From Octopus vulgaris (Eukaryota): DNA of 64,000 nt. The stretch is from the NCBI GenBank assembly GCA_951406725.2, contig OX597843.1:9238001-9302000 (forward strand), given 5' to 3'. The notes below the pieces were generated by a model that was given only the letters and a program-made list of their open reading frames with translations, was not told the origin of the DNA and made no database searches. Position 1 is the first letter of the stretch. Every line of letters starts with the position of its first letter. Shown piece by piece: positions 1-19,373 of this stretch. The position numbers and the translations under genes were made by a program.

Positions 1-138
1 TTTAAAACAAATAGCCTTTGCCATAGATAAGGGTTGGACCACACCGACTGTAAGGTGTTGTCATGGTTGCAACATATGTGTGTTTGTGTATCTGACCATA
101 TGATCGTTCTTTCCATATAATCATTTACATATATCTAG

Positions 139-283
139 GAATATCTGAAAAGAATATTTTACTAAATACTACAGGTATCACATTGATACTGAACAGTTCT
201 GGAGGTGAAAAACCCCCAAGGCGAACCGAAAAGAATAGGAGACAAAGAAATAAGCCCAAGCGCACTGTGCGATATTCCGACAG
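139..283 (+). other. Exon-like module A (basic peptide ISEKNILL...NSSG...[11 protein letters not shown])
   Basis: tctag| acceptor, open frame, gacag|gtaaat donor. Second copy at 28509-28653. Similar to module B at the SSG and YS.R positions. Confidence 0.4.
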
Positions 284-288
284 GTAAA

Positions 289-362
<74 letters not shown>

Positions 363-599
363 TTTATTAATCCTTACAATTGTTTCGACCAATGTGACGT
401 CGATCCCTCACGAATGGTGTAATTGTCGACATCTTTACGTTAGAGCTAGTATCAGATTTTGTGTTATAAAGTTTATTATAAAAATTTGTGTGGGTAGATT
501 TCTTAAGCCTGAGTGTAGAACCATCAATGGCTGCTATGGTCGAACCTAAATTCGGAGTAGTCGAGTACGACACTTTCAGAGAGAATTTGTTAAAAATAC

Positions 600-8140
<7,541 letters not shown>

Positions 8141-8196
8141 ACGTATATGACGAATACCTTGGCTATGATATATGAATATATATGATGTTTTGCGTT

Positions 8197-8275
<79 letters not shown>

Positions 8276-8717
8276 CACATACATACATATATATTTATAT
8301 AAATGTATGTATAAAAAGTGAATCAAGAACAGCATCTCAAGAAAAAGTCCATAGCAAAAGCTCCAGCTGAGGCGGAAGGACCGGCAGCATAACAACAAAA
8401 GGGGCAATATTAGAAACAGCAGCTGTAACGACAACCCTAACAGTACCACCACCACTGTCATCACCAAAACTGACAAGAATATCAACAGAGTGGACTACCC
8501 AGGTCTTTCCTCAAACTTAGCTCTCCAACTCCATCTTCCCCTTTCTCAAACACACACTCACGCAGAGCTTACCAAACACAAACACAAGCACACACTTCTT
8601 ATTATCGGGGACGGACTACATAGACTGTGATTGATACACACCTCGAATTAAAGTCGAGGACGAACCACAAAACCCTAACAAATTAAAAAGAAAGCGCAGA
8701 TGTAAAACATACACCCT

Positions 8718-8881
8718 CAGGAATGGCTGTGTGGTAAGTAGCTTGTTTACCAACCACATGGTTTCGGGTTCAGTTCCACTGCGTGGCACCTTGGGCAAGT
8801 GTCTTCAGGTACTATAGCCTCGGGCCGACCAAAGCCTTGTGAGTGGATTTGGTAGACGGAAACTGAAAGAAGCCCGTCGTA

Positions 8882-8962
<81 letters not shown>

Positions 8963-9172
8963 TTGTGTGTCTGTGATTGTCCTCCTAGCATTGCTTGACA
9001 ACCAATGCTGGTATGTTTATGTCCCCGTGACTTAGCGGTTCGGCAAAAGAGACCGATAGAATAAGTACTGGGCTTACAAAAGAATAAGTCCCGGGGTCGA
9101 GTTGCTCGATTAAAGGCGGTGCTCCAGCATGGCCGCAGTCAAATGACTGAAATAAGTAAAAGAGAAAGAGAA
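8718..9172 (+). mobile_element. tRNA-derived SINE family A (octopus-type), full length
   Basis: A-box-like tggctgtgtgg, B-box-like ggttcagttcc, central (TA)n(TG)n, 3' ...gcagtcaaatgactgaaa. Many copies in the window. Confidence 0.85.
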
Positions 9173-9787
9173 AGATCAACATACGCTTCGGGAAACAGAA
9201 AATGCGCGTATCTTTGCAATTTTGGCTGGTTATACTGGTTATACTCGAGATTGCTCCAATCTGGCCAGCACCAAGGAAAAACTAATCTAAGAGCATTAGA
9301 TTCCTTGGAATCAAGCAGCGATTGTATATAAAAACAAGGACGGAAAAAAACGGACAAGGTTACAGAAATAGAGTTGCACAAACAACACCAACTCAACCAG
9401 CCCCACAACCCGAAAGGGACAAAGGGCAAAGTAGTTGACCCTGCGGAATTTGAACACAGGACGTAAAGATGGATGAAATGCCGCTAAGCAGTATGTATAT
9501 CATGCTAAGGATTCTATCAGCTGCAGAATACGGATATTAACAACAATATATAATATAATATATATAATATATAGATACATGCATATGTACGTACATATAT
9601 GTATATACCTACATATATTTTTCGCTTGTCCTTACCTTCGGAACGCGGAGTAGATGAAACAGAGACAACTGAAGAAGGGGAATGTTCCTTGTATTGTATG
9701 TCTCGTTTCTCTGTTGTTTTTTTCGTTGTTTGAAAAAAGTTTGTTTCTATGTTTTTGTTTTTGTTTTCGTTTCTCATTGTGTTCAAC

Positions 9788-9853
<66 letters not shown>

Positions 9854-9965
9854 TATACACACACACATATATATATATACACATACATATATATACACCC
9901 ATATACACACACACATATATACACACATACACACACACACACCTATATATATATATATGTACACA

Positions 9966-10039
<74 letters not shown>

Positions 10040-10061
10040 CACACACACATACATACATATA

Positions 10062-10215
10062 CGACGTGCTACTTTCAGTTTCTCTCTACCAAAGCCATTC
10101 ACAAGCTTTTGGTCGACTCGCAGCTATAGTAGAAGACATTTTCTCAACGTGCCACGCTGTGAGACTGACCCTGGAACCATGTGGTTGGGAAGCAAGCTTC
10201 TTACCACACAACCAT
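10062..10215 (-). mobile_element. SINE family A, 5' half
   Basis: Reverse complement of the 8720-8880 head. Paralog at 47290-47441. Confidence 0.8.
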
Positions 10216-10813
10216 TGTTTTGTTTTATTCAATAAAATACTTGGCATAATTGTCACTCTTCTTCATATGTAATTCTTTATTTATTGCAGGGAAACATTTG
10301 ACGAATGAGTTGTTGAATTCTTGGTTAAGGACATCAACGCTAAAGAGAAACGCAGAAATTCAGAAACGCAATTGGCAAAATGGAGATACTTATAAATACA
10401 ACAACTGTTTGCTTAGGTGCCATTATTTTCCTTCTGGGTGTTATAGCAGGATCGCACATCGGCCAAGAAAGGACAGTAAGCGCGTAGGCTTGAAAAAGAA
10501 AGATGGGGTGGAGGTCGTACGGTAAGGGGAGGTGGCAGGACTCAGAGAAGGTTCCATAGGGGTTACAGTTAAAAAGGAAGGGACGGCTGTAAATTTACAG
10601 ATGATAGGGTTACATTGGTGCAGAGATAGAAGGGAACTAGACAGGGTTGAAGGTAATTTAGTGGAGGGAGGGGTTGGTTAGTTAGATAGTGTACTGGTTA
10701 AATAATACGTTTTTTTGGGGGGGAGGAGGGATGGTAATTGCTTAGGAGCAGGAATAGGGTTAGGAATTAGTGTTCTGGGATCTGGTTGAAACGTATTAAT
10801 TGGCAATAACATA

Positions 10814-10953
<140 letters not shown>

Positions 10954-10957
10954 TAAA

Positions 10958-11175
10958 ATAAAAATATTCAGACAAATACATAACAAAAACACCAGGACTA
11001 ACAAACACATATAACATACAGAAAATTGCACTACTGGGCACTGCACACACCCTACTAAGAACACTTTCCATACAATAACCATCAGAGAATCACAACAAAT
11101 CACAGCACATACCCAAGACACACAGAGCTGCGCTCGGTAGTGAAGTGAAAACACGCTATAAAACTAAAACTACTG
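10958..11175 (+). mobile_element. R4/Dong family A, extreme 5'-truncated copy in (TAA)n
   Basis: Encodes the KYSDKYITKTPGLTNTYNIQKIALLGTAH end and carries the same 3' UTR as 52374-54287. (TAA)n on both sides. Confidence 0.9.
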
Positions 11176-11230
11176 AAAATAATAATAATAATAATAATAA
11201 TAATACTACTACTACTACTACTACTACTAC

Positions 11231-11270
<40 letters not shown>

Positions 11271-12015
11271 CGATGTGAGAACTGTTGCTGCTCATGTATT
11301 TTAATTTAACTTAAAAAAAAAAAAAAATGAACGAACTACTGAGTTTGGTTTAATGGCCTACCAATGTATACTATGAGTTTCTTTGCCCTAGGAGTCGGGA
11401 AGACACTCAGCAAGAAATGGAAGCAAATTTGGAAGAAGAAAAAAAAAGTAATAATAATAATAATAATTATTATTATAATTATAATAATAATAATAATTAT
11501 GTTACATGTCATTTGAATTTGGCGGATCAGTACATTTTTTGATGGACAGTACAAACATTTGATTACAATAAACGAACCACCCGTGCAATTTGTTCAAATT
11601 CCACCGAAGTCAACTTTACCTTACATCCTTTCGCGGTCGATAAAATAAGTATTAGTTGAACTGTGGACATTATTTCGACAATGAAGGAGATAGGACATTC
11701 ACCAAACATTTTTTTTCTTGCCTGACTACGTACCATTTTTCATATTGAAACTTGACACTTCCAAGGTTACCCAAGACCAAATTTTCTGAAAGGTCAGATG
11801 TGACAGGAGTCATTCCATGTTCTCTGATTAGACTAGAATGGATCCTTAAATAATCAGAGTGATATTCTCGCTTTTGAATTCTTTCTCCTTCATCACCATT
11901 TCGGTCACTACTCTTTTCACCAACACCACCACCACCACCACCACCACTGCTGCCGCCATCATCACTGCCACCAGCGCCACCACCACTGCTGCCGCCATCA
12001 TCACCGCCACCAGCG

Positions 12016-12094
<79 letters not shown>

Positions 12095-12678
12095 AACTCT
12101 TCACATCAATATAACCATAAAACGACGGCCTAACCAGATTGACCAATGCAAGAAGTGTACACAACGGATCGAACAATGAGAGCAAAGTGTCTGACGGATT
12201 GACCAATGAACATCGAAAAAGGTTACCTGACTGATCTATGAACATGAAGCTGGAGGAACAGTCAAAACACTCAGATAATTATATGAATAAACTGTTCACC
12301 ATATATTGAGTACTATCTTTGTCTTAGCATAACAAACTGGAATACATCTACATTAATATGTGTGTATGCATCTATCTACATAATATATATACATATATAC
12401 ACAAACATACACAAATTTTGTTTGCAGGGCGGTTTTCTATCTCCAGTTTGAAAAGAGAATATATGTTGGCGGCCATTGGGATCTGAGGAGCCGTATATAA
12501 GGCTAACCCCTCTATGGAAGCGAAGCCTTTGATCACTCCCAATAAATATGCAGAACAAATTGCAATGATCATGTAACCATCACTGACTTTTCACCTGTGA
12601 TTCTTTTATTCTCTTCTCATTTTATTATTTTTTCTTATATTTAGTTTTCCTTTATATAAAACAATAATCTTTTTCTGC

Positions 12679-12880
12679 AAGGCGGCGAGCTGGCAGAAAC
12701 GTTAGCACGCTGGGCGAAATGCTTAGCGGTCTTTCGCCTGTCTTTACGTCCTGAGTTCAAATTACACCGAGATCAACTTTACCTATCGGGGTCGATACAC
12801 TAAGTACCAGTTGCGTACTGGGGCCGATCTAATCGACTGGCCCCTTCCCCCCAAATTTCGGACATTGTGCCCAGAGTAAA
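12679..12880 (+). mobile_element. tRNA-derived SINE family B (octopus-type)
   Basis: aggcggcgagctggcagaa head, gagttcaaatt B-box, taagtaccagttgcgtactgggg core. Same family as 27482-27895. Confidence 0.85.
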
Positions 12881-13100
12881 AAAAGAAAAAAAGACTTTTC
12901 TGCAGAGTTCCACCACAAACATTTTGTCCCTTTATTTTTATTACACTTACACGCCCTCCACCACTCATTCCCATATGACCCTTGAAAATTTGTCATTGTT
13001 TTATTCTTCTCATAAAGGGCCAGCGTCTGGATTTTCATCCTTTTTGAAATTTGTCCCTCTTTATTCAAGATTTCTACATCATTTACATTTCCCATGTATA

Positions 13101-13533
13101 TTGGGGTTGGTGCATAATTATTGCGGTTTTTTTCATTTCAACAAATTTTATTCAAGCAAATGGGGAAGCAGTAACCGAAGTAGATGGTGAATATGCTCCG
13201 GAATAATCATTTAAAGATGTTTTCGTTAAATATTGTTATTGTTTTTGTTGAATAAAATTTTTTGAAGACAAAAAAGCTGTTATAAAATACATTTTTCTCA
13301 AATAAACAACTTGGAACTAAGACAACACGATTGGTTAAAATTCGCAGATTTAAACTACGTTTAAACTTATAAAATACATTTTTCTCAAATAAACAACTTG
13401 GAATTAGTGTTTTCTTTTGAGACACTCTACCAGTATACGAAGTTTCAAATTATTTAGTTAACTAGAAAGATCTGACGACCAGGCGACGAAGATGAAAAGA
13501 TCCAAAAGCTGCAATAATTATGCACCAACCCTA
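13101..13533. mobile_element. Non-autonomous mariner-like element (MITE)
   Basis: ~30 bp TIRs ttggggttggtgcataattattgcggtttt / aaaagctgcaataattatgcaccaacccta with TA flanks. Internal 37 bp duplication. Confidence 0.8.
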
Positions 13534-13854
13534 TAGTAATTATAGTAATTAACCCTACGTTAATTATTGCATGTTACTTTTTTAAATTCCATTTTGTTTT
13601 GCTTTATTTTCGAATAAATAGTATTTTACTCAGCATTTTCTTGTCTGTCCTTCCTTCATACAATCTGAAATTCCAAAATTGACATTATACGAATCTCCCT
13701 TTCATTGGTAACTACGACAGGTACCTGTCTATTATATTTTGAACAGCACGTATCTGTTAAACGGTCTTTTCAGTTCTCTTCTCCATGTCAGAGTATGCAG
13801 TATTTCTAGGAATAGTAGAGAGTGAAAACAGTAAATGTCCAGGGTGTCACACTA

Positions 13855-14465
13855 CAACACATACACACATACACATATACACACATACACACATACACAC
13901 TTACACATATACACACATACACACATACACACTTACACACTTACACACATACACACTTACACACATACACACTTACACACATAACACATACTTACACACA
14001 TACATACATAGATAGATACATACATACATACACACATACTTACACACTTACACACAGACTCACTTACATACACATACTTACACACATACACACATGCATA
14101 CATACACACATGCTTACACACACTTACACACATGCACACTTACATATACACATACATACTTACACACATACATACGTACACGCATAATTAAAAACATACA
14201 TACACATATATTTACACACACTTACACACATACACACATACATACTTACATACACTCATACACACATACATACTTACATACACATATACTTACACACATA
14301 CATACGTACACACACACATATTTACACACACTTACACACATAAACACATACACACTTACATACACACATACACACATACATATATACACACAAACATATT
14401 ACATACACACATACACACATACATACACACATACATATTACATACACACATACATACTTACACAC
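13855..14465. repeat. Degenerate (CA)/(CATA)/(CACTTA) simple repeat
   Basis: Direct reading. Confidence 0.9.
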
Positions 14466-14661
14466 AAATTTTGCGGGTGCCGCCGATATACGAAGTTCTT
14501 AGTCTTATCATTAAAGGCATGAAACTAGATATTAGTACTTTTCGGTCGATCCCTGATGAAGAATTAGGGTCCTGGTGTCTGGTCAATCCTACGTGTATAT
14601 TTGAAGTATTTAATGCCTTTTTCATTTATGGAATAACTAAACACCAGGCTTCCCGACTTTC

Positions 14662-14725
<64 letters not shown>

Positions 14726-14728
<3 letters not shown>

Positions 14729-16321
14729 TTGCGGCCAAAATGTTCAGAACGGCATTGTTTTCGTTAGAAAAGTAGATATAATTTTTTAGCAAAGTTGTTT
14801 TATATTCTATAATTTTCACAGACAATAAATACGATATTATTTGTTATTGCCTGCGATTTTGGTGTAATTTGAGAGGATAATACAAAAGTTATGGAGGATT
14901 TAGTGATTTAAAGCAAAACCCATGGTGGCCAAAATTATCAGAACGGTTACTTTTACTCCGTGTTTTAGTATATTTAATCGTCGAACTCTAATGTTTGGAA
15001 TTTGTTCACATGACGGTTCGTTTACTAAACATTAGTAAGAATATTTGCAGTGTACTTTGTTAATATAATGCCACTTACTCCGTTACCAGTTCTTCAGCAG
15101 ATTATTAAGCTTCGAAGGAAGGATGATTTAAGTATTGGATCTATTGGAAAGATTGTTAACAAGTCAAAAAGTGTTGTACACGGTATTCTTAAGGTCTACG
15201 ATGATTGTGGTTCGTGTGAAGCAAGAAAGTTTACAGGTAGGCCACGAAAAACGACCAAGAGAGAAGATCGTGCTATGGTAAAGTTGGTTAAAAAGGACAG
15301 ATTTAAAACTGCTGCTGCTGTTTCTCGGAAAATGAGCATTGTATTGAAGAAAACTTTATCTCGACAAACTGTGTCTCGTCGTTTAGTTGAACATGACCTA
15401 CAAGCAAGAGCACCTGCAGTGAAGCCACTGATCAGCTCCATGAATAAAAAGTGTCGTCTTACCTTTGCAATCGATCATATGTTGTGGTCTCAAGAAAAAT
15501 GGCAAACGGTGCATTTCAGTGATGAATCTAAGTTTATGCTATTTCGTAGAAAAGTAGGTGAAAAATTATTGCCTAAATGCCTTAAGACTAGTGTTAAATT
15601 CGGTGGAGGGAGTGTCATGGTTTGGGGAATGATATCTGGAGATGGTGTGGGCCCTTTGGTGCGATTACATGGAAAGTTAAATGCAGAAGTTTATAAACAA
15701 CTTGTAAAAGATCATGTCTTGCCTATGCTGAGAAATTTAACTAAGCGACCACCCATATTCATGCAGGACAATGTCCCATGTCACAAGGCTAAGCTGGTCA
15801 TGAACTTCCCCAAGGCTGAAAAGTTTATTGTTATGGATTGGCCTGCTCAAAGCCCAGATCTCAAATGTGTGGAATATTCTAGGAGAGAGTTCGAAAGCCA
15901 GAAATCCTAAAACAATCGAGCAATTATGGAATGCTCTTCAGGAAGAATGGAATAAGATCACCCAGCAAGAAATTGAAAATTTAATTTCCTCATGCAGTCG
16001 AAGATGTCAGAGTGTGATTGAAGCTAAAGGGCTTCACACTAAATATGAAATAATTCCAGTATTCTCTGTCATTTTTGATTTTTTTGTTATTTTTTTCAAC
16101 CGTTCTGATCATTTTGGCCGCCATGGGTTTTTGCAGTAAATCACTAAATCCTCCATAACTTTTGTATTATCCTCTCAAATTACACCAAAATCTCAGACAA
16201 TAACAATTAATATTGTATTTATTGTCTGTGAAAATTATAGAATATAAAACAACTTTGATAAAAACTTATACCTACTTTTCTGACGAAAACAATGCCGTTC
16301 TGAATATTTTGGCCGCAACTG
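14726..16321 (+). mobile_element. Tc1-family DNA transposon, IR/DR type, 1596 bp
   Basis: ~220 bp TIRs beginning cagttgcggccaaaa, with an inner repeat ggccaaaattatcagaacgg. TA on both flanks; inserted at the end of a (TA)n run. Confidence 0.95.
15068..16050 (+). pseudogene. Tc1 DD34E transposase, disrupted
   Basis: HTH region, GRPRKT, FSDESKF, GGGSVMVWG, QDNVPCH and WPAQSPDL motifs. The expected NPIE is missing and the frame shifts at ~15862. A short in-frame deletion follows DESKFMLF. Confidence 0.9.
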
Positions 16322-16524
16322 TATATATGTGTGTGTGTGTGTGTGTGTGTATTATTATATATCAAAATAAGCAACAAGGATATCCAGCGATATCCTTGTT
16401 GCTTATTTTGATTTTAATCACCTTATTTTGAAATTTTATGGATAATACCATACTAAATTCTGGTGCCTCGACTTAATACCATATCCATCTGAATGTAAAT
16501 GTTTTACTGAACTCATCTGCCATA

Positions 16525-16572
<48 letters not shown>

Positions 16573-16683
16573 ATTTAGAAATGGTCATTTTGCCAGTTTA
16601 GCCAATAAAAACACACGCACTATATATTTGGTGTTACTTTGCTTCAACGTTATTATTTTTTATATTAATCTTAATCTTATTTC

Positions 16684-16728
16684 GGCCAGAGTTCTTTCGT
16701 CACACTCTTGTGACCTCATCAGTGGTCC
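16684..16728 (-). ncRNA. Minimal type I hammerhead ribozyme (probable Penelope pLTR remnant)
   Basis: Minus strand reads ggacca CTGATGA g gtcaca-agag-tgtgac GAAA gaac TC tggcc. Confidence 0.65.
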
Positions 16729-16899
16729 TTTGCTTTCTTCTTTCTTATTTGTGTGTCTCTCTTTAATAACGGTCAGCCATTTTGTATTTTGTTTTCTTAT
16801 TGTATGTGTCTTCATTTGCGCATGCGTATACCTCTATGTGTGTCTATGTTTAGTTAGTGTGTGTGTGGGGAAGTGCCTGTAATATTTGTATCTCCTATT

Positions 16900-17236
16900 T
16901 ATATACGTTATATAACATTCAAACGCATGGCTGGGAAGTGCTGCCACACTCGGCGTACCCTCCTGATTTGGCACCAACGGATTTCCACCTCCTTCGATCT
17001 CTTTCAAATGTTATGTGCAGAGTTTCGTTCAATACTGGTGCAGAATTGAGAGCTTGGTTGGATCAATTTTTCGATTCGAAATCTGGTGATATCTACCAAC
17101 GGGGTATTGAAAATCTTGTTGAACTTTGGGAAAAAGTTGTAAACAACAAGGGTGAATAAGTATTTGTTATTTTTTATTAAACCTTTAAAAAATTTTTTTA
17201 TATAAAAAAGGGCGGGAACTTAGTTGCCAACCTAAT
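16900..17236 (+). mobile_element. Mariner transposon 3' fragment
   Basis: WEVLPHSAYPPDLAPTDFHLLRSL (YSPDLAPxD motif), followed by the TIR end gaacttagttgccaacctaata. Confidence 0.85.
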
Positions 17237-17284
17237 ATACAATCGTTGCGCCGCTACACTATATATATATATATATATATATAT

Positions 17285-18438
17285 CATTCAAAGGAATTCC
17301 AACTCTGTCTGTTTTTTATGTTTTATTTATATTTTTTATATAGTATAAATAGTATATATAGTAAAATGAAATGAAGTATTGATTGTCGTATTGAATAGAT
17401 GAAATATTGAATATCAGATATTAAGGGACTAGTATACTTTCTTGCATTTAAGCAGTCTTCAAGGTCCCAGGATGTGACAGGAGTGTTTCAACTGTGGCTG
17501 GCTATCTGTCTTTTGTCCTGTATATATGTTCTTGTGGACAGTAGTAGTAGTTGCTTGGCTATTTTTAGAAATGATGCCAAACCATTTTTCAATGTTTATT
17601 TTTGGAAATGATGACAGCAGTACTTTTTAGAGGTTTTTGTGTTTTAGTTATAGGGATAAGATTTTTAAACCCCAAATAAAATTAATTTAATCATTGTTTG
17701 TTAAGCTTGGGTTTGAATTTCTTAATAAAGTCCTTTTCTCTCAGTTTTCCCTCAATTTCATTCAGGTTGTAAAGTTTATGAAATGGGAATATCATAAAAG
17801 TTTTCCAACTTCATGTTGCCGGATGGATAATCAGTGGCATTTGGCGGACTTCTGGGTTTTTAATTTGTTATCGATGCACACACGAGTGTTCTGATAGTGC
17901 ATTACCTGTCTGGCCAACATACAGTTCTTAACAATTTGGGCATTTGATGCAGTAGATTAAATTTCTGCTTTTGCAGTTCATGTTCGCGTTTGTGAATATT
18001 TTCCCTGTTTTTGTGTTCATATATGGGCCGGTATGAATTAATTGGCATGTACCGCAACGGCTACCATTGCATTTGGACACCGCGAATGGTTGATCTTTGT
18101 TGCTAAGGTCAAACCTTTCCTTTGTTAATAATTTATCAAGATTTTAAGCTGTCTCTTGCTGAGAGTTATAGTTTGATCTGTAATGCTATTTCTCAATTCC
18201 TTACTTTGTGCAATGATTGGTAGGTTTGCTTTAGCGATATTGAAGATGTTCTGGTGGCATGGATTATGTGTCACTATAAATGGTATGATTTGTTTTTGTT
18301 TTTCTCATTTTTGTGGTGTCCTCAGTTGTTGTATGGGTATTTTCATAGCCCCTGAATACTATTTTCTTTAAGTAGGGACAGGTATTTTTGTTGGAATTCC
18401 TTTGAATAATATATATTCCTTTAAACACAATCATACAA

Positions 18439-18440
<2 letters not shown>
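17285..18440 (-). mobile_element. Old Penelope-like element 3' remnant (GIY-YIG + pLTR)
   Basis: Minus strand encodes CNGSRCGTC...MNCKSRNLIYCIKCPNC*ELYVGQTG, with a downstream hammerhead motif. Confidence 0.8.
17425..17468 (-). ncRNA. Degenerate minimal hammerhead ribozyme
   Basis: gggac c TTGAAGA ctgc-ttaaat-gcaa GAAA gtatac TA gtccc. 5-bp stem I and palindromic stem III agtatact. Confidence 0.55.
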
Positions 18441-18511
<71 letters not shown>

Positions 18512-18560
18512 AAACAAGTCAAAAATAGAAAATGCTAAAATAATTTTATAGTGAACATTT

Positions 18561-18598
18561 CAGTACCGGTTTCGGTCATTTTGAGACCTTTTCAACAG
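18561..18598 (-). ncRNA. Minimal hammerhead ribozyme, U3-A8 variant with a stem I mismatch
   Basis: ctg TTGAAAA ggtc-tcaaaat-gacc GAAA ccgg TA ctg. Confidence 0.6.
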
Positions 18599-19373
18599 TA
18601 ACGATTAAATAATTAAATTTAGAAAAATTAGAAGAAAAGTTTTTTTAAAAGAATATTTCTATAGTAGTGTTCAGATCTAAGTGGCATTCTGCCTTTCTCT
18701 GACTCCCTTTTTTGCACTTGTGTGTTGGAGGTCGTTGTGAGTTCTTGGTAGGGTAGTAGAGGAAGAAGACTGGTGAGGAAAGGGGGTGGGAGAATCTGGG
18801 AGTGCCCTGATGGTCGTATTTTGAATGGTCAGTGGCGGCTGGCAGTCTCAGTTCAATTCAGGAGAATATTTATATTGACAGGCTTGTTTATAGAATTTAC
18901 GTAGGTGTTATATTAAAAGACATTAGTGACAAAGTTAAGGGGTAGGAGGTGGAGAAGTAGAAGAAGAAGAAGAAGAAGAAGAAGAAGAAGAAGGAGAAGA
19001 AGAAGAAGAAGAAGAAGAAGAAGAAGAAGAAGAAGGAGAAGAAGAAGAAGATGACGATGTTGATGATGATGATGATGAAGAAGAAGAAGAAGAAGAAGAA
19101 GAAGGAGAAGGAGAAGATGATGGTGATGGTGATGGTGGTGATGATTATGACGACGATGATGATGATAATGATGATGATGAAGAAGAAGAGGAAGAAGAAG
19201 AAGAAAAAAACAGAGAAGGGAGAATATGAATGGGTTAAAGTAGTGAGGTGTTGTATGACTTGAAGTTGGTATGTTATGGATTATAGCTGTGATTTTAGCT
19301 GTGATTAGTAATGGATTCTTTGGAATGTAATATTTGTGTGTGAATATTTCTTTTATTCTAAAGTTGAGGTATA

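Larger units (their letters stand above)
11734..13805 (-). pseudogene. Possible multi-exon host gene remnant of unknown product
   Basis: AG/GT-bounded segments 13725-13805 (phase 2-2, one TAA), 12951-13039 (MKIQTLALYEK...GNEWWRA, gtaagt donor) and 11734-11844 (IHSSLIREHG...QYEKW). The first two join in frame. Intermediate segments near 12.1-12.6 kb are ambiguous. Confidence 0.3.

Noticed and set aside
8718-8800. tRNA genes at SINE heads
   Set aside because: A/B-box-like motifs continue into multi-copy SINE bodies; no complete cloverleaf.
9620-9710. CTGAAGA-containing repeat (also 41840-41930) as a permuted hammerhead
   Set aside because: GAAA and UH elements are not intact in either copy.
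11670-12245. 191-aa Ser/Gly-rich ORF as a single-exon gene
   Set aside because: Central part is (TAG)n/(TGG)n microsatellite; only the flanking segments might be exons.
14500-14665. gaaactagatattagta ... CTGATGA as a hammerhead
   Set aside because: Stem III-like pairing exists, but no consistent stems I and II could be built in any topology.
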